Positions 48,925 through 50,706 of a DNA stretch of 50,706 bases are shown piece by piece (position 1 is the first letter of the stretch; each line of letters begins with the position of its first letter). Below the pieces are notes generated by a model that was not told where the DNA came from, did no database searches, and saw nothing but the letters and a program-made list of their open reading frames with translations. The stretch is from Octopus bimaculoides. Taxonomy: Eukaryota. A program made the position numbers and the translations under genes. The stretch lies in assembly GCF_001194135.2 (NCBI RefSeq), contig NC_068991.1:49697031-49747736 (forward strand), in the 5' to 3' direction.

Positions 48925-49132
48925 CATGTGGTTTCTCTGCAGAATCTGTCAGCATTAGTATCACAGCATCTTAGACTTATATCATGAGTTTGCTCATTGT
49001 TATATAACCAGCACTCTGATGGGTAAGTAATGTAGCAGTCTTTGCCTCAATTTGAACTTGAGAGTTGATTTTGTTTTCCTTTTTTTTTTTTTTTTTTTTT
49101 TTTTTTTGACAATTAGGAAAATTTTGTCAACA

Positions 49133-49498
49133 GGTGCAGACATGGCTGTATGGTAAGAAGTTTACTTCCCAACCATATGCTTTCCCCACTGCATGGGACC
49201 TTAGTTAAGTATTTTCCACTATAGCCTCAGGCCATCCAAAGCCTTGTGAGTGGATTTTGGTTGATGGAAACTGAAAGAATCCCATCATATAAGTGTGTAT
49301 CTTTGTGTTTGTCTCCTCCCCCCACCATTGCTTAACAACTGTTGTTGGTGTATTTATGTCCCTGTAACTTAGCGGTTCAGCAAAAGAAACTGATATAATA
49401 AGTACTGGGGTTGATTTCTTTGACTAAAATGCTTCAAGGTAGTGCTCCAGTTTGGCCATAGTCTAACAAGTGAAACAAGTAAAAGAATGAAAGAATGA
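49133..49498 (+). mobile_element. Octopus-type tRNA SINE, diverged, CpG-decayed
   Basis: Aligns to 7260-7675, with most CG changed to TG/CA. Confidence 0.82.
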
Positions 49499-49928
49499 CA
49501 TCATGAAGAGATTTACTAGTAATGCTCTTTGGCCAGACAATAGATGTACTGATTGCTATCAGCAAAAAAGCTCACTGTTCCTAATAACAAACACAATAAA
49601 TTGATGATGTCATCAAAAGACAATCCAATCATGGTTGTTGAGGGAGATCAATCAAAATCTATATAGAGTCTCCTAAAAAAATAGGCAAACACAATGAGTG
49701 GCTGACCAGCAGGAATTTGAATGCATTCAGCAGCCTTTTGGTTACAACTTGTTGCACTTCACAACTACACCTGGAAAAGTTGAACGATAATGAACTCTGC
49801 TAGTATGAAAAGAACTTTCTTTCTCTTACCTGGGTCTCTTCTAGACTATTCTGCTTGAGCTTTGTCTTGTAAAAAAATAATATATAAAGAATTGAAATTT
49901 TGACTTTGTTTTTGTATTTCCGTTTCAT

Positions 49929-50281
49929 ATCTTTCACTTGTTTCAGTCATTTGACTATGGCCATGTTGGGGCACCACCTTGAAGGGTTTTAGTCAACCAA
50001 ATCAACTCCATAACTATTTTTTTAAGCCTATTACTTTTTCTATCGATCCCTTTTGCTTAACCACTAAGTTATGTTGACATAAACACATCAACACCAGTTG
50101 TCAAGACACAAAGACACACACACCCATACAATGGGCTTCTTTCAGTTTCCATCTACTAAATCCACTCTTGAGACTTTAGTTGGCTCGAGGCTATAGTAGA
50201 AGACTCTTGCCCAAGGTACCACACAGTGGGATTGAACCTGGAACCATATGGTTGGGAAGCAACCTTCTTACCACACAGCCG
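49929..50281 (-). mobile_element. Octopus-type tRNA SINE, diverged, CpG-decayed
   Basis: Reverse-complement alignment to 7260-7675. Confidence 0.82.
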
Positions 50282-50672
50282 TATATATACAATTGTTTCA
50301 TATATGTGTGTGTGTGTGTTTGTTGTGTGTGCATAGCTTGTTTGAAGCGTTGTACAGACTTTGTATATTATGGTGAATTTTTGAAGACTTTGTTAGAGGG
50401 AGAAAAAAAAGGGGGAAAAAAAAAGGACAAGAAGGAGAAAAAAAGAAAGAAACATGAAACTGCATATATTGTTATATATTTCTCTACATTTACCTATATT
50501 CATGTAAACGTACACACTCTCATGCCAAAGGGGAATATTTTGAATATGTTAATTTGTTGATCATGACAGATCATGTTGCTTTGATGAGACAATGCTTATA
50601 AATTTTCTTAAACTACTGTAATTTGTTTTCCAATAAAAGTAAATAAAAAAAAGGAGTTAATTTTACTACACC

Positions 50673-50706
<34 letters not shown>

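Noticed and set aside
1-50706. Long ORFs in the track rich in X, IY, HT, CV, HPS or poly-I
   Set aside because: They are translations of N gaps and of (TA), (CA), (TACA), (ATCC) and (AAT) microsatellites, not genes.

Overview
This is eukaryotic, AT-rich, repeat-dominated draft-assembly sequence, with about 6 kb of N in 14 gaps. The dominant tRNA-headed SINE (GGCGCAGGAGTGGCTGTGTGGTAAG...) and the microsatellite load point to an octopus (coleoid cephalopod) genome; this is my recognition, not a database result. There is no intact protein-coding gene. Nearly all ORF-track entries are translated microsatellites, N gaps or decayed transposon fragments. Recognisable content: a decayed Penelope-like element (thumb/linker plus GIY-YIG, Naiad-like), R4/Dong-type, RTE, CR1-group and L1/Tx1-like LINE fragments, Tc1 (DD36E), maT-like and mariner (DD34D) transposons, a hAT MITE with TSD, several SINE families, a ~6.8 kb degenerate (ATCC)n tract and one orphan candidate exon (40691-40823). 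The most striking unexplained signal is a set of hammerhead-ribozyme (HHR) motifs: two full-consensus, one near-consensus and several decayed. One sits in a small element built as tRNA-like Pol III head + (AAT)n + minimal HHR, present as a head-to-head pair. All structures were read by eye; none was folded or searched computationally.
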